Origin: Octopus vulgaris
Taxonomy: Eukaryota
Assembly (NCBI GenBank): GCA_951406725.2
Contig: OX597838.1
Location: forward strand, 25,916,001-25,980,000
DNA length: 64,000 nucleotides
Direction of reading: 5' to 3'
Positions 12,831-26,860 of the stretch are shown piece after piece (the first letter of the stretch is position 1; every line of letters begins with the position of its first letter). The notes under the pieces are model-generated. The model was not told the DNA's origin, searched no databases, and saw nothing but the letters and a program-made list of their open reading frames with translations. The translations under genes were made by a program, and so were the position numbers.

Positions 12831-15800
12831 AATAACAAAAGCACAGACGAAACTATTAATGAAATGACAAATGGATTATTTTTAGCTTATCAGTAATACT
12901 GTTTTGAATGTAATATTAATAAAAAGGTTATGTTTTTTTTAATTAATAGTAACTTTGTTATTATTAGATAAGAGATCTTGGAGCAAGAAAAGTTAAGTGC
13001 CTCGCTCAAGGAGACAACACTACAATACAAGGACAGCTTGCGGCATGATATGAATCCAACAATTCATGCAGTCAAGTGTCCTGTAAGTAACAGTGTGTGA
13101 GTGTGTGTCTTAAAATTAATTTCATATTAAAATAATCATAATAATAATTACATCAAGTTTAATAAAAAAAAAAAACCCACTAGTTGACAAATTATGTTAA
13201 GTGTTGAAAAGAAATGGTGTAAGATTTAATATTGTTTAGAAAAAAAAAATATTGGATAATTAATAAAAATAATAACGATCACTAAATTAAACGAAGATAA
13301 TATCACGATGAAATATGACAACCATATATGCAAAACCGCGCGCATCAATGAAGTACTAATGCGTGAACAAAGGGACCAACTGCTTTTGTGTATAAACATA
13401 TATATATATATATATTAAAAATTGAGATAGGGGTTGTAAATGCAACCCTTGTATATATATATATTATATATTTACAAATATGTACAAACACAAATGTTTG
13501 AGAGGACAGGTGGGTTGGAGTGTGATAAGGGAAATGAGTAGGTCTTTTTTTCCCCCAATAGGGGATGTTAATAGGAAAGGAATAAAAGAGAATGGTTGAG
13601 GGGTGGGGGGGGCAAGGCAGGCTTGATTTTGATGGAAAAAAATCAAGTTAATTTTGGAATAATGCGAGTCAGTTGGTCAAATCAAAAGCCGAAGTAGCAG
13701 ATACGAATTAGCATGCACAAAAAAACAAGCAAGTAGGAAAAAAAACTGAGGAATTCATTCATTAGAGAAGCCGCGAAAAGGAAAACTAGATTAAATTATA
13801 AAGTTGCACTCACTAACGAACAATGCAATCATTCAAATATTATAATTAACTCGAGGAGATAACCATATCAAAGAAGAAAAACGGACAAAAACAACATTTA
13901 AAGAGATAGAAAGTCGAAGAAGGAGAAGTTGGGGTGAAGCGGAGAAATGGATAGAAGAGAGAAGAGAGAAGGTACGAAAATATTTTAGAATGAATAAAGA
14001 TCTTGTTTTGGTATATTGTTTTTCTTCTGTTTTATACAATTTCTCATTTTTTTTTCTTTTTTGTAATGGCAAGTCAAAGAACCACAGGCAAGCAAGTGTG
14101 GAGGGATGGTCATGCAAAAAAAAAAAAAAAAATTGGGGGGCTGCACAAAAAAAAAAGAAACATACACAACTGTTTCAAGCATGATAAGGAGCTTGCTCCC
14201 TTTCAAGCTTCTAACAGGAAGTTCATCCCTTGCTGGTGTGTCATCGAAATAGGGCAACAACCAAGTACCACAAAGGGGGGAGTGGTGTTTGCTGGACTGA
14301 ATCTTTTTTTTTTTTTTTCATTTGAGTTATTTAGACTTCTCAACTATGTTAATATTACAGCTTAAGATAATAATTGTAAAAAAAAAAATAAAATACCTAT
14401 AGGGGGAAGGGGGAGATGTAGGACAGAGGAAGTTACAATAATAATAATAATAATAATGGTTGGTTGTCATAGAAACTGTACGCACAAATATGTAATATGT
14501 CTATATAAGTATTAAAAGCTAATTTAAAGTGACAAATCACTACCGCAAGCTTTTAAAATACTGGACAGCAATACATATAACACATGTTGCTTTAAGTCAA
14601 ATGAATGAGAAAGTATTTGCTCAATTCAAAGGATATAGTTTTTGGGTTTTTTTTAATACTAAAACTGAAACAGTGTTTTGGCAACTAATTTCAAGCCACT
14701 GAGATCCTCAGGCAAAACTGTCTAAGGATCATAGTGGCATGAAATTTGAGCTGCTAGACAAGCATACAGTTTTAGTTTCAATAAAATATATATATATATA
14801 TATATATATGCACATGCATATATATATATATGTATGTACACACAAGAGTTGATGATAGAATAGAGTTTATATTCTTTTGCTTGTGTTATCTGTTGCCTCT
14901 CTTTCTCTCCGGTTCAACATGGCAGCTTAACGTCACTTAGGTCTCAGGCTTCATTGCAAGTCAGACATGAAGGGCAGCAGGTAATGGATACCTTAGAGGC
15001 AGCTCCCCGGTCCAGTGGCACTTCCCCTTGGTGTATGGCACATGCAGAAAGTTAAATGGAAGCCAGTCAGGAGGTTAAGATTGGAGACCGGTCCACTGTC
15101 TCAGTTGATGTGAAACTAAGTTCTAGTTAGGGACAATGGCAATAGGAGTAAATAAGGTTTGTAGTTTTAATATTTTCCGCATCTTTGAAAGATTGAAGGG
15201 GGAGGAGTGGAGAAAAAGAAGGAAATGGATGTTGCAGGGAAAAACAGGAAGAAAACAGAATATTCTAACATATATCTTGATATCTTTGTTTTACAATAAC
15301 CGAACCTTAAAACATGTCTAAAAGGACAAGACAACGCTGGACAAAGGAACATACAAAAACCATGGAAACTAACTTTCTGAGAGTGAAAATTTTAGGACGA
15401 GTGGAAATTATGAACACGTGAAGAAATATTTAAGAAAAGAAAACAAGAAAACAAATGATAACAGGACTAAAGACTAGGAATTTGTAAACAAACAGACCAT
15501 CTAAGTTTAGGAGGTCATCAAATGACCATGTGTGAATGAATAAAGGGGACAACACTAGAAGTTTGATCACACCATATGGGATGCAAAGATGACATTAGAT
15601 ATATATTACAGACAGTGATTAATTCTTTTGGGTTCCTTGTAACCCCAGGCAAAAAAGGGCAAGACTGTTTTGGAAGAATTGACTTAATATTACTGGTTCT
15701 TATTGATCTGACTCCAGCTTTGGCAAAATATTTGAGCTTAGAGAATGTGAACCTGTAAAAATAATCCAACTATAGGCATGAGTCATGAAATTTGGGGGTA

Positions 15801-18800
15801 GGAAGCTAGTGGATTACATCAATTCCAGTGCTCAACTGGTCAGCATTTCAATGACCCGGAACGATGAAAGGCAAAGTTGACCATGCCAGATTTTGAACAC
15901 AGAATGTAAAGCTGGAAGGAATGTCAATAAGTATTTCATCCAACTTATCAATCACCTTACTAGCTTAACAAAAATAATAATCACGAAAGCAAGTGTAAAG
16001 CTATTACTGTAATCCAATCTAAGCCCAGCATAGCAGCAGCACTAAATATATAGTCTGCACCAACTCCAAGAATAATGTTAAAAAGAAAAATTTAAATAAA
16101 TTTTGGTTAGTTCTAAGCTACAGGGATAGAACAGGAAGTGGCGGTGACATTTTAGTAATTTAACTTTAAAAGATATTTAAAAAATAAAGTAAAAAAAAAA
16201 AGGTAAAAACAGCAGCAGCAACAACAACAAAAAAGAAAATATATGGGAAGTGGTAGGATTTAGGGCTCAGATGCAATTTATAAGAGAGATAGATAGCTTC
16301 TGATGGAAAGCAAAACAGAAATGCTTGATGCGAAATAAAGCAGTTTCTTTTTCATTTATTTAAAAAAAAAAAGAAAATTTTCTTTTAAAGCAAAGTTTGT
16401 GACTAGTCAACTCCAGAACCTATGTCAGTACCAGAGATTGATATCATGTTCTAGGGATAGTTGTAACAGCTAACTGTGGGTAGGGGAAGGACACTTGTAG
16501 GGAGGAAAGAAAGAGAGAAAGACTCGCTCCCTTATAGACTAACACCCTAATGCTTAAAGAGTAAAGAAATGGTGCCATAGAAGATGTCTGGTGGTGCAGG
16601 GATGGTGATTAGAGAAAAGACTCAATACCACAATGACCAACACTTAAGAAAGAAAAAAATATGGCAGGGCCCTTAAGGATCTTACAAAGTTTTTTTGTTT
16701 TTTTTTAATTGATGATCATGTTTAAAAAAAAATGGTGTGAAACTATGAAAATTATTTCACCCACACCTCTTCTCAAAATAAATATTTAAGAAAACAATGT
16801 TGCTTCGTATTAGCAAAAGAGATAAGGAAACCTTCTCAAACTATTTATACGTACAGGTTTGGTTCATTTTGTGGTACAAAAAACACATTAAAGTATTCAA
16901 TACACCCTTGTTTTAGGACTGTGTAGGGCCTAATATGTGTTTTATTTGTATATGGAGGGGGAAAAAAAACCATAATTACATAACTGTCTAAGCTACAGTT
17001 TCATTTAATCAGGTTTTTGGTTGATTGAACAAAACTGCGATTTTGATAATTATGTTAACCCCAATCACCTTACATATAAAAGCAAACACACACCTCACTA
17101 TACATAGATAAACATATGCATACAAAACACACACACATTACATATCTATATATATATATATACATATGTATGTATGTGAGTGTCTTATCTCAGGGATAAG
17201 ACATTTTGTTTCACTACCAAAATATTTAAGGTCTCTAATCAAATATTAGCAGCAAAAAGAGACATTTAAGGTTGAAGAGATGACAGGCAAGGAAGAGATT
17301 AGTTTGAAGTAAAAACCCAGAAAGATCTTTGTCGAGTCCAGGGTTTCTCTGGAAGTTGGGGGTTGGGGTGGGAGCATGGAGTTGGTGATAACCATTTCTA
17401 GTAGAAGCACAGAGGCTGAAATAAAAGGAAGGGGGTTAGTTGATTCCACTGAGCCCAGAACATAACTGGTACTTTGTCAACCCCGGAAGGATGAAAGGCA
17501 AAAATTTGAAACAGGTAGGTTGCAGAATGCAAAAAACCAGAACAAACACAGCAAGAAATTTGTTTTGAGATGCTTTAACAGTTCTGCCAGTTTTGTTATT
17601 TTGGTTGTGATAAATAACAGAGGGATTTCTTTAGTTGTGTGACTTGCAAATCAAGCAAGAATCCCTTAAGTCCTTTGTTAATGGTTCCAAGAGAAACAAA
17701 GGCCAAAGCGAATGGATTGTTTTTTTCACTCGTAAGTTCTGTCTTTTTCTGTTGATTTGAAAGTTCTATTGAACTTTATTGCTATAAAAATAGCAATAGT
17801 AATAAAAATCTTGAACAAGTCAAACATTGCTCTTGCCCTTACTGGCCAAATCACCCAACCTACAAAAACTTGCAGGTAGAGGGGGAAAAAAATCCATCAT
17901 ACAAATAAAGACAAACTTTTAAATACGATTCTATTTATAAACCAATTTCAGCTTGTAGATATCAGTGTGAATGCACAAGAACACCCTAAGATATTTGGGT
18001 GAAACTACACACATACTAGTGCAGGCCTAAACCCAACATAGATAAGTCTTAGCATGTATTTTTGCTACTATAGACATTTTTTTTCATAAATATGTAGACT
18101 AAGAAATAGACAAAAATAAGGTGTTGGTCACTGTTGTGACACCTTTTCTTTCCCCATCCATCCCTGCAATCTATGCACTGGTATGTTGTCTCTCATTCAT
18201 CCTTCTATTGTATCATCCCTCATACCTTGAAAACCCATTCTGAGACTTCGTCACTGCTGTCCAGCCTTACCCCCAACCACCCTCTTTCCTAAAATGCGAG
18301 TAGTCATTCCTCTACAGCAAGAAATCTATTCTGCTCTGACCCCTTCTCTTATAGTTTATTAGTCTCTACCCCTTATTCTCCTAGCTTAAAGTCCACCCCA
18401 CCAAACCCGCACAGGGTTCATAGTCATGCAAGCTGCTTGGCAACTGTGCTAGTGCTAATGCCATGAAAAAAAAAAACACCCAGTACACACTGTAATGGGA
18501 TTGGTGTTATGAAGGGCATTCAATTGCAGAAACAATGCCAAATATAGTGGAGCATGATGCAATTCTTGGACTCATTGAATCCTGTCAGACTGTCCAACCC
18601 ATGCCAGGATAGAACATGATAAAGAGGAAATAGAAAGAGAGAACAAAGTTGTTAGATATTCAATATTTCCATGCAAACATGCGTGGCATGGGTTTTATTA
18701 TTTATTTTTTTTTTTAAGAAAGGGGTTGGCCTTCCTACCGCTATTCATTGAAATATCAAGCAGTAAATAAATAATAACAACGAGTTATCTAGATATCACA

Positions 18801-19605
18801 TGCAAGCAAGAAAGCATACCACACGAGGAGGAGGAGAAGAAGAAGGTGAGAGGAGTTGCAGGAAGGGGCCAGAGAAGATGAGGGAGGAGGCATAAAGATG
18901 AAGGAAATAAAATGTAGCTCGCAATAATGGTTGAATAGATGGTTATCTTATTGTCTGAAAGTAGAGATTAAGGACCCTGAGTTTATAAATTATCTAGAAT
19001 ATACCAAGAAAAAAAAAAGAATAGAAGGTGAGGAGATGGATATAGTTAACTTATAACTCAAATTATATTTTATATATTTATAGAAAAAAAATTGAAGTGT
19101 CTTTCTATAAAACTTTATGACATTAGCTGAATCCTAGAAGAATTTAACTCAATCCTGAAGAATCCAAAATCAAAATATAGAACCAATACATGTATATTAT
19201 GACACAAAAAGGTTTTGATTGAACAAGAAAACTAGGAAAATATTCCAAGGTTAAAATATAATAGAAAAAAAATGAGAAAAGAGGAATAGGATAAATTCTA
19301 GCAGAATACGTTTGTAAAACAAAGATATGGTTTTGTTTCCTTTCTCATATCATGTCATATTCTTGAAGTTCTGAGAATATTGGAAGCAACAGTTGAGTGG
19401 TGGGAATGGAAGGAAAAAAAAGTTTATATTTTATGGAAACTTAAAAAGGATTTTGTATAAGAATAATAATAGTAGTAATAATAATAATAATAGTGATAGT
19501 GAATATAACTGAATCACATCCCCTTCGTGATTAGGTTACTGACGTTGACGATCACTTCACACAAACTTCCTGCAAGACAGCCAGGTGTGGGACACAGACT
19601 CCTTA

Positions 19606-19740
<135 letters not shown>

Positions 19741-22185
19741 CTAAAGAAATAGTATTAATGAATATTAAGGAGTTAGTAGAATTCATTAAAATAGTGGAAA
19801 AAAAAAAAAATCAAATTGGTTTCAATTAAAAAAAAAAAAAAAAAAAATCAATCCATCACCCTCTGTTGGGCTTCGTTAACATCTGCTCTGGCAGAAAAAA
19901 CTTGCGCAGTAATGTTGACAAATGATTATTATTATTATATTATTATTATTATTAATATATTTTTCTCTTCACTCTCGTGTCCGTTGGTAGTAACAGCAGC
20001 TGCCGCGATCAGATTAATAGGATGTGAAAATGGTAAAATAAGTGATCAAGAGACTCAATTGAATTCCTCCTCCTGTTTCTGGCGACATCGTTGTGTAAAA
20101 GGTAAAGGGAGGGAGATGAGAATTTGGGGGTGGGATGGGGAACTTTTTGTTTTCTCCTTTTTTCTGTTTTCCTTTCACTTTTCTCTGAAGACAAATATAG
20201 TGAAATATTACAAAGCAATGGAAGATTTTTTTTTTTCTATTTATAATATTTATTTTTTGCATCAGTTTAAAAATTTCTTATGAAATTCTTTAGAGGAACA
20301 TCCAAGATGTAACAGCAGGTGGCACCAAGACCGGGCCCCTATGTTTCTTTATTGGTTCCCGAAAAGATGAAAGATAAAGCTGACCCTAGCAGCTTTTAAA
20401 GATAGAGTACAAAGACCAGGAACAAACAGCGCTGTTTATCCAATGCTCTGATTGCCAAACACACTCAAACACATGTATGTATGTATGTGTGTATGATACA
20501 AGAATAACCTTTAGACTTACACAGCCAAGGTTCCATTGCTTTTAAAATAATATTTCATAATATTACATTGTAACAAATACGCAGACAAGTTTTTTTCTTT
20601 TATTCTTAGAAGCCATACAAGGATTGGTTTTTAAAAAGTAACACCAGTAGATTATTTTTTAGATTATTATATATGTGTGTAAAAAATAAAATTAGTCATT
20701 ATTATTATTATTATTATTACCACCATCATTGTCAATTGCTATTGAGTCATGGTGGCTTCGTGTTTAAGTTTGTAAGAAACATGCATTATTTATCAGCAGA
20801 AATGCAAAGCATCAGATCAGTTCCCATGGAACATACAAGACATTCTTTCTCATTAAAAAAAAGTCTTTGTTTTGGATAGATACAGTTGCACTGGTATCTA
20901 TCTGGATATATATCTATACCTCTACATGGATGTACATATATATCCGTAATGATATAGGATTGGAGAAAGAAAGAAATCGACACTTTGTATTTCTGCCCTG
21001 ACGCCTGTGTGTATGTACGCGCGCACGCATCATATATATATATATATATATGATAGTATTATTATATATTATATAATAGAGGTGTATAAAATGAAGAACA
21101 CAAGTAGTTATATATTTTTATACACTGTCATTTATGGTGAAATTAGTTATGGAAATAAACATTAATAATATTTGTATGCTTCCAAAATAAAAGAAAGAAA
21201 AACTTGTCGGCATTATCACCATCCTCGCCCCAACTAAACTATCAGCAAACTCTGAAAGCTTTTGAAGGTTCAGTACCCAGAACCTTATCTGTTACAAAAC
21301 AGAGAAAGTAAGGAAAAAAGAAAAAAAGAGAAAAATGAATTTTTCCCAAATGGGAAGGAATAACACATGGAAGTGAACACTAAGCACCCTATCTTGAAAC
21401 TCTTTCAGTTTCCAAGGACTGTAGTCTTTCAATACCACCCCTCTAACAATAAGGCAATGGTTCTGACATGAACAAATAGATCCAAGCTGTAACCTACCTG
21501 AACATAAGGGTAATTTTTTTTGACCCCCTCTTTTATCACGGTGTGGGGTAAGTTATAAAAATTTAAAACCAGCTTCATTTTGGACATGGCAGCTTGTCCA
21601 TTTTCATTTCAATCCACACAGGAACCTTGGGTGGTGCCTGCCCTTCTCTCTATTGTGAGACAAACACTGTCAGAAGTATTCACACTGAACGGATTCAATG
21701 TGAATACTTTCAAAGAGTATTCGGATGTTGCATTGTGTACAATCCTAGATGACCTTACACTGCAGCAAGGAATACAGTCGAGGGCAGCAACACCAAACTC
21801 CTTCATTCACCAAATACCGAATGTAAAGGTGAGGCAAAGTTGAGCCTTGCAGGATAACAACCAGGGGGATTCAAAACGATAGCAGGAGGGGAGAAGCAGA
21901 GAGGGAAGGAGGAACAACTACAAAGGATTCAAATCTAGCCATTCACAGTCCACTGGCCCTTAATAAATTTAAGGTCACCCACAAAAGGAGAATTCAAATG
22001 AGTTAACCATGTAAAAAGAAAAAATATATATACATAAACAAATTAGTAAGATACACCAAAAAATGAACAAAAACAATACATTAAAAGAATATAAAAAGAC
22101 AAAAGAAAAAAAATTTGTTTTAAAAGTTAATTTGGAGGGGTTGGTGGTGGTTTGTGTCACTAGGACTACACTGAGAAAAAATTAC

Positions 22186-22319
22186 CTGTTGAGAGCATTA
22201 AGCATCTCTATGACTACCAGGACTGATAGAGCCATAGTCTTGGCAGCAGGAGCATCAAATATACCACAGTCAATACCAGCAAATCTTGTTGGTTCAGCAG
22301 GACACTGCATGTGGTGGGT
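22186..22319 (-). CDS. ATP2A: SERCA mutually exclusive exon A (L7-8 and M8): [44 protein letters not shown]
   Basis: tcacag acceptor, GTAATT donor, 134 nt, phase 0 in and phase 2 out; not in the ORF track. Confidence 0.95.
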
Positions 22320-22870
22320 CTGTGAGAGGACAGGTCAAGTTACACCAACAGAAAGTGTGAAAATTATTTGCAGCACATATCAAATGAGGGAAGAAATGTT
22401 CAAAGTTTTATTCAGAAAATCCAGCCATGGCATTTCATTTATTATCTTGATTTTTTTTTTTGATTTTTTTTCCTGTTTTGGGAGAAGACTGGTTTGGTTG
22501 AATAAGATTTGTATATATTTTCTGGACTGGCTATCAATCTCATGTTTACAGTGTATATTCAGAATACATTTATTTTTTTGTTTTTTCATCTACACAATAT
22601 TTCAATTGTTTTTATTTTTGTTTCTTTTATCCCTTACTTGTTAGTCATTGGATTGCAGCCCATGCTGGGGCATAACCTTGTAGTCAAACAAATCAACCCC
22701 AGTACTTATTTTTAAGCCTGGTCTTTATTCTATTATTCTCTTTTGCAAAGCAGCTAAGTTACAGAAATGTAAACAATCAACACACACACACACACACAAG
22801 TAATCAATCATTCTATATATATAATGTCCAACCCATGCTAACATGGAAAACGGACATATGATGATGACGA

Positions 22871-22909
<39 letters not shown>

Positions 22910-24151
22910 AGTGTGTGTCTGTGTCTATACTTGTCCCTTGCCCACCACCGCTTGACAATTGATGTTGACATGTTTACATCCCCGTAAGATACCAATAGAA
23001 TAAGTACTAGGCTTACAAAGAATAAATCCTGAGGTGAATTTCTTCAACTAGAAAACACTCTAAGGTGGTGCCTCAGCATGGCTGCAGTCAAATGACAAAC
23101 AAGTAAAAGAATATAAGTATAAAAATTCCCAATTGAAAATGTTGTCTGTACATATTGACTGTACATATGCAGATATAATTGATATATGTTTATAAAGTAG
23201 AAAGAAATATCATAAATATACACTATGAAGTCCTGAAATTCAAAATCTTATTCATAACAAAGAAACACTTAAAGATAATTCAGTAATCAATCAAACCAAG
23301 AAAGGAGAGATTGATCACCCATTGTATCAAATCACTAATGATTTTTTTTATAGTATAAATTAAAAAATAAAATACAAATAAAGAGAATGGAAATTTGGAG
23401 TCTTTGCAAGTGGTGGGAATGAGTGGGGGGGGGGGTCTTAACTTTTTCATATTCCAGTTCTGCTAGTAACCTTTCTGAAATATTCTATAGTGATATTTAG
23501 AAGGCAGGTGAAGTTTTAATTTGGATTCCCAGTACCCCTGAAATGAATTTTAGCACCTCAGAATGGGAATCACTGGACCAGATTGCTGGGCCCCTTAAAA
23601 TGAACCATATTGCCAGAATACATGGACTAAAAGCTGATACAGTTGGGAAACAAATTAAATTGTTTATAGAAGACTGAATCATTACCATTGTATTACTGGT
23701 ACTTACAGATTCTATGTGGAGAAACAACAACAAGGTTAATTATGGCAAGATGAACATGCCTTGTATTTGAACTCAGAACAGTGAGTCAGAAGCTAAAGTT
23801 GTTTGGTTCTCTCTGTTTTTCACAAATGTTATTCTTAATCATCGCATTATAAGACACAAATTAAATGTGGAAGAGCATGGCTTAGAGGTTAAGGTATTTA
23901 GCTCATGATCATAAGGTCATAAGTTCAATTTCTGGCAGTGCATCAAGTCCTTGAGCAAGACATTTCATTCCATGTTGCCTCAGTGGCAAAAATTGAGTAG
24001 CATCTGTATTTCAAAGGGCCAGTTTTTATCACATTGTGTCACACTGAATCTCCCTAAGAACTACATTAAGAGCATAATTATCTAATCAACTTGAACCCTT
24101 GTTGTCATAACTGACAGAGTGGTAGTTAAAACACAAATTTATGTATAGGAA

Positions 24152-24516
24152 TCTCTATATATATAAACGGCAAAATGTCTGTGTGCATGTCCTTTATACA
24201 AATCCACAATTTTTCAGTTAGAGGGCTTGCACTTTCTATGGTCATTCAAAACCATCCAAGGGTGGTCATGCACATCTTTACATTTCCCCAGTCACCCTGC
24301 AAAGCCATTAAAAAATCAATAGAAGTGACTTTTTTTGTGAATTTTCTATCCAAAACCCAATCAAAATCCCCGAAACTTGATACGCCAATTGAATGCCAGC
24401 TAGCTGTATGTGACTGATCGGAGATTTGGACAGTACTCGGGTGTATGTGTGCACGCACGCAGCTGTATATGCATGCACTAGCATTATGAACCGGCGTTGC
24501 CGGGTCATAGTGCTAG
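24152..24516 (+). mobile_element. Non-autonomous Helitron
   Basis: Inserted between A and T; 5' TC, subterminal hairpin ccggc-gtt-gccgg (24491-24503), 3' CTAG. Confidence 0.85.
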
Positions 24517-26186
24517 TAACTAATTAAAATAGATTCAAAATGGAGTAGGTTACCAAATATCAGTTATGTACGAGTAAGCAGTTGAATGTTACAACGGTTT
24601 GTGTAAATATGTATACTTTGTGACATACATTCTGTAGTTTAGCCCAAGACTACCTATTTGGGTGGACAATGTACTGGGTATAAACCACCATACACCTAAA
24701 TACAGATCTGGGGTGTTGCACTTCTGGCATGATAAAATGCAGATGTAAGCAAGAGTAGCCCAAGACAACCCATCTGTTTCATAACCTGTCTAGATTCACT
24801 TACATTTAAAGGGAGAGGTGGGGATCAAAACTGAAGGGCAAGAAGAGAAAAAAAAAACAAACAACAAAAAATCCTCCAAATTCAACTGCAGACATTGTAG
24901 AAAGGTCAAAGTTCAGCATACATAAAATATCTGTCCACGTTCCTTCAAAGAAAAACTAATTAATTAGTAAATTTCTCATGACATTTCTTAAAATAAAAGT
25001 CAACCAGTACAGACAGATCTGACAGATCTTTAAAGCCTTGACACATTTTTAATGACTAAACGACCTCATGACTTCTTTCCCGCTCACTAAGTGACAGAAA
25101 CTTTTGAGAGGAGCTGACAAGGGGATGACTATTTTATCCCCTCTCATGTAAAACATTATATCTAAGGCTACACTAACTATTGCATCTTTCGAAAGATAAT
25201 ACAGTGGGGGTGAATAGAGGGAAATTTGAAAGCTGCTCTTTGTAGCAAGTTGTGCAACTGTTGAGAAGTCTTCCATTGGAAAGGGAAGTAACTCATCATA
25301 GTGCCCCTGTACTGAGTCAAAGAGAAACATTCCATAGGAATTATGGAAACAATAATGTTGAGAGTATTCCACTGTTGACCAGTACTAACTAGAACTTGCT
25401 TCACATGGATCAAAGGAGTATCTGACGATGCCATGACCATCAATCAACCAACCAACCAACCAAACACCAGGATATAAATCTATTGCAGATTTTTAAGAAA
25501 ATGTTCCCCCATCCTCCAGCATGGCACTTCTGCTTATTAACATCAATGAGCAATTAGCAAATTTGTTTTGTTAAAAGTCAGGGACAGAGAAGCAGAAACC
25601 ATGACCTTCCCTCCTCATTGGCTTTCTCCCCAGAACTGAAGAGATAGAGATGCAACTGAGACCCAGGTCAAAGTCCACAGTAAAAACCTGGCATAAAATG
25701 GCAACAGTTAGAATCCTTGCAGAGCAGAGCAGAGCAGACAACCCAAGAACCTAGCAACCTGTACAGTTACAAATCTGTCTTCATTAAAGCACAATAGTAC
25801 AAAACAGTAATGCAACTGTTACAAGGCCATAAATGGAGAATCAAAAACTCAAGGAAGGCCTTGACATAAACTTAATTATAATTAAGTTTATTTCGTTTAT
25901 TTTTCTGTGCCTATATCCACAAAATTAATGAATCCATACAATTTTAGTTAGCCAGTGTGATTAGAGAGACATGTCAGCTACAGAAAGGTTCCCAAAAGAT
26001 CCTGTTATGGTTTCTAGGATAGGGTTATTAACCAAACAGGACAAGGGCTATCTAACAGTTAACAACATGATTAAATAATCACACTGGTTTTCTTTCTTGT
26101 ACACCCGGTCATCTGTAGCTACCACCCCAAACTGCTTCTAAGCTATATTATGAATTTTACTAAACAAACAGAAATGACAAAAATCA

Positions 26187-26387
<201 letters not shown>

Positions 26388-26539
26388 TCACTAATGTGAT
26401 GCAGAGAGGGAGAATATTAGGGGCATGTCACATCACTAGGGATAACATTTCATTCACATCAAATCAGCAGGGCAAATATTCCACTGAAATCTCACAGACA
26501 GAGCAAACCTCTCACTGCCTTCCCATGGGCAGGGGTAAT

Positions 26540-26860
26540 GAGGTCCCACAGTAAAGGGATAACATTTCAACGAGGTCCACAGAAGAGGGATAACATTTCA
26601 ACAAGGTCCCACAGAAGAGGGATAACGTTTCAACAAGGTCCCACAGAAGAGGGATAACGTTTCAACAAGGCCCCACAGAAAAGGGATAACATTTCAACAC
26701 GGTCCCACAGAAGAGGGATAACATTCCAACGAGGTCCCACAGAAGAGGGATAACATTTCAACAAGGTCCCACAGAAGAGGGATAACATTTCAACAAGGTC
26801 CCACGGAAAAGGGATAACATTTCAATAAGGTCCCACAGTAAAGACTAACATTTCAATGAC
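26540..26860. repeat. 32-bp minisatellite, about 10 copies
   Basis: Unit aggtcccacagaagagggataacatttcaaca. Confidence 0.95.

Noticed and set aside
24990-25443. Minus-strand ORFs of 88 and 107 aa; similar patches at 56316-56525 and 63430-63630
   Set aside because: No recognisable gene or splice structure; may be decayed transposon coding sequence, but too degraded to call.
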